DNA of 64,000 bases from Azolla caroliniana (taxonomy: Eukaryota; Plantae; Polypodiophyta): positions 2,542,001 through 2,606,000 of the forward strand of contig JBHGNT010000004.1 in assembly GCA_043228905.1 (NCBI GenBank), read 5' to 3'. Positions 62,419 to 64,000 of the stretch are shown piece by piece (position 1 is the stretch's first letter; every line of letters starts with the position of its first letter). A model generated the notes under the pieces. That model had not been told where the DNA came from and did not search any database. It saw only the letters and a program-made list of their open reading frames with translations. A program made the position numbers and the translations under genes.

Positions 62419-64000
62419 TGTCGAATACATGTGTATAATGGACGTATTCAACATTATCCCGTTTTGGCCATTTATGTAATTATCATAAAGGGTAGTTGCC
62501 CTAAGTCGGTCACTATATATAGTGACCTTGTAACCTCTTTGTGAGGTTGGTTGTTGTATCATTTGTTTATGCAATAGAGTGTTTTTGTGCCTCTTTGTCT
62601 CTCTCTCTCTCTCTCTCTGTGCAACGACCTACGAACAGTCATACGCAGGTACTGAACAGAAATCGAATGCTTCTAGATCTTCCGCATTGACGACATTGCT
62701 TCCAACATCTGGTATCAGAGCCTGCACAGTAGTCGGTCCTTCAATCCGCTGTCGGCCGTCGTCTCTGCATTCGGTTTCCTGCGTCATTCGAAGAAGAGAG
62801 AAGAAGAAGAAAAACCAGGTTTGCATCTCATCGCGTTAGATCATCTTTGTTTGGAGTAAGCCAGCAGGTTGTACTCCGTTCCCAGTGATCGTAACCGCTC
62901 GAGGTGAAATCCCCTTGTGCATCATTGACACGATCGTGCTCCATTCGGTTAAACGGCATCCGAAAAGGTCGTTAAACGCTGCTCGCTGCTCGTTGTAACC
63001 ACTCGGTACAGATCGGTCTTAAGCAATCAACCCCAAATTCGTGCTTCATCTGGCTGATCGACATTCGAGAGGATCAGTTGGATCCATCTCTCTCGTCGCT
63101 GCAGTCAACCGAAGCAGAATCGGTCCAGATAATCGGTTTCAATAATCGGTATTCGGCACATATATCCGAAGCGAACCGGGCTCACTCCGACTCGGCAACA
63201 TTCGGGAAGACCAGTCGGCTCTGTGCCTCAAGTTACCGGAGTCAATTCGAGCAAGTTCCGAAGCCGAACCGACTCGGGTTCAAATCCGACTAGAACGATA
63301 TCGGGTGAGCCAACCGGCTGCACTCCAACAAGGTTCGCAGTCAACTCTGAACCGAGCTTCGTCAACCGAAACCGAATTTGATGGCATCAACATCAGGCTC
63401 GTCAGAAATGAGTCTACGAAAGTTCGATGGATCGAACTTCAACTTCTGGAAGGAACAAATGCAGGACTATCTCATAGTCAAGGGGCAAATCGACCCCATC
63501 GAACATGAAGAACCTCCAGAAGGATACAAACCAATTGAGTGGCAGAAGCTGGACAGAATCGTCCGCGCCACGATTCGGATGCACCTATCGGAATCGGTAT
63601 ACTTCACGGTGCAATCGTGTACGACAGCATTCGAACTGTGGAAAACACTGTCGGACACTTACGAAAAGAAGGTCGCCGCAACGAAGATGTTTCTGATCCG
63701 GCGCCTCTACAACTTGCGGATGAAAGAATCCGACTCGGTCCAAGCACACCTCAATGAGTACGAAAGCATAAGCTCCCAAATCTCGTCACAGGGGACGGCA
63801 ATCGAGGATGAACTCAGAGCAATGATACTCATGAGCAGCCTTCCCTCATCATGGGAAACTTTCGTTACAACCGTGTGCAACGCGTCAACCACGGCTGTTA
63901 AATACTCCGAAGTCACGAGCGCAATCCTGACCGAAGCAGCTCGGAGAAAGTCTTTCGCCAAAGACTCAACAGACGACGCTTACGTAGTACAAGGTTCGAC
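62419..64000 (+). mobile_element. Ty1/copia C5 5' end: LTR 62419-62707, PBS-Met 62710-62721
   Basis: TGTCGAA...TCCAACA followed by TC TGGTATCAGAGC; interrupts the N3 LTR after CGTAG. Confidence 0.9.
63381..64000 (+). CDS. Copia gag N-terminus (C5), runs off the window
   Basis: MASTSGSSEMSLRKFDGSNFNFWKEQMQDYL..LMSSLPSSWETFV. Confidence 0.9.
   Translation, partial: MASTSGSSEMSLRKFDGSNFNFWKEQMQDYLIVKGQIDPIEHEEPPEGYKPIEWQKLDRIVRATIRMHLSESVYFTVQSCTTAFELWKTLSDTYEKKVAATKMFLIRRLYNLRMKESDSVQAHLNEYESISSQISSQGTAIEDELRAMILMSSLPSSWETFVTTVCNASTTAVKYSEVTSAILTEAARRKSFAKDSTDDAYVVQGS

Noticed and set aside
31491-62438. Many overlapping and antisense ORFs inside the GC-rich elements, rRNA and LTRs
   Set aside because: Expected shadow ORFs of GC-rich coding strands; they recur only because the elements are repeated.

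Overview
Plant nuclear DNA, most likely a fern (inferred from the mitochondrial insert and element types), with no recognisable host protein-coding gene. 1-3.7 kb: Ty1/copia element (minus) with an uninterrupted gag-pol ORF running off the window and a half-tRNA-Met primer site. 3.8-21 kb: AT-rich, microsatellite-rich DNA containing a clear MIR171 hairpin. 21-36 kb: nested copia elements, one with three LINE fragments inside its LTR microsatellite and one young intact element with a 5-bp TSD. ~36.2-42.1 kb: mitochondrial insert (NUMT) with trnH, trnL-UAA, a Leu-type tRNA with a UUG anticodon, trnfM, and the 3' part of rrn26 preceded by a group I intron core whose 5' exon is missing. 42.1-62.4 kb: a nest of tRNA-Trp-primed Ty3/gypsy elements: an autonomous-type family (putative -1 frameshift between protease and RT, 4-bp TSD) and three copies of a related gag-only family that shares its cis-signals and forms a stack of LTR segments broken at the same nucleotide. 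62.4-64 kb: 5' end of another copia. All calls are by eye; no searches were run.
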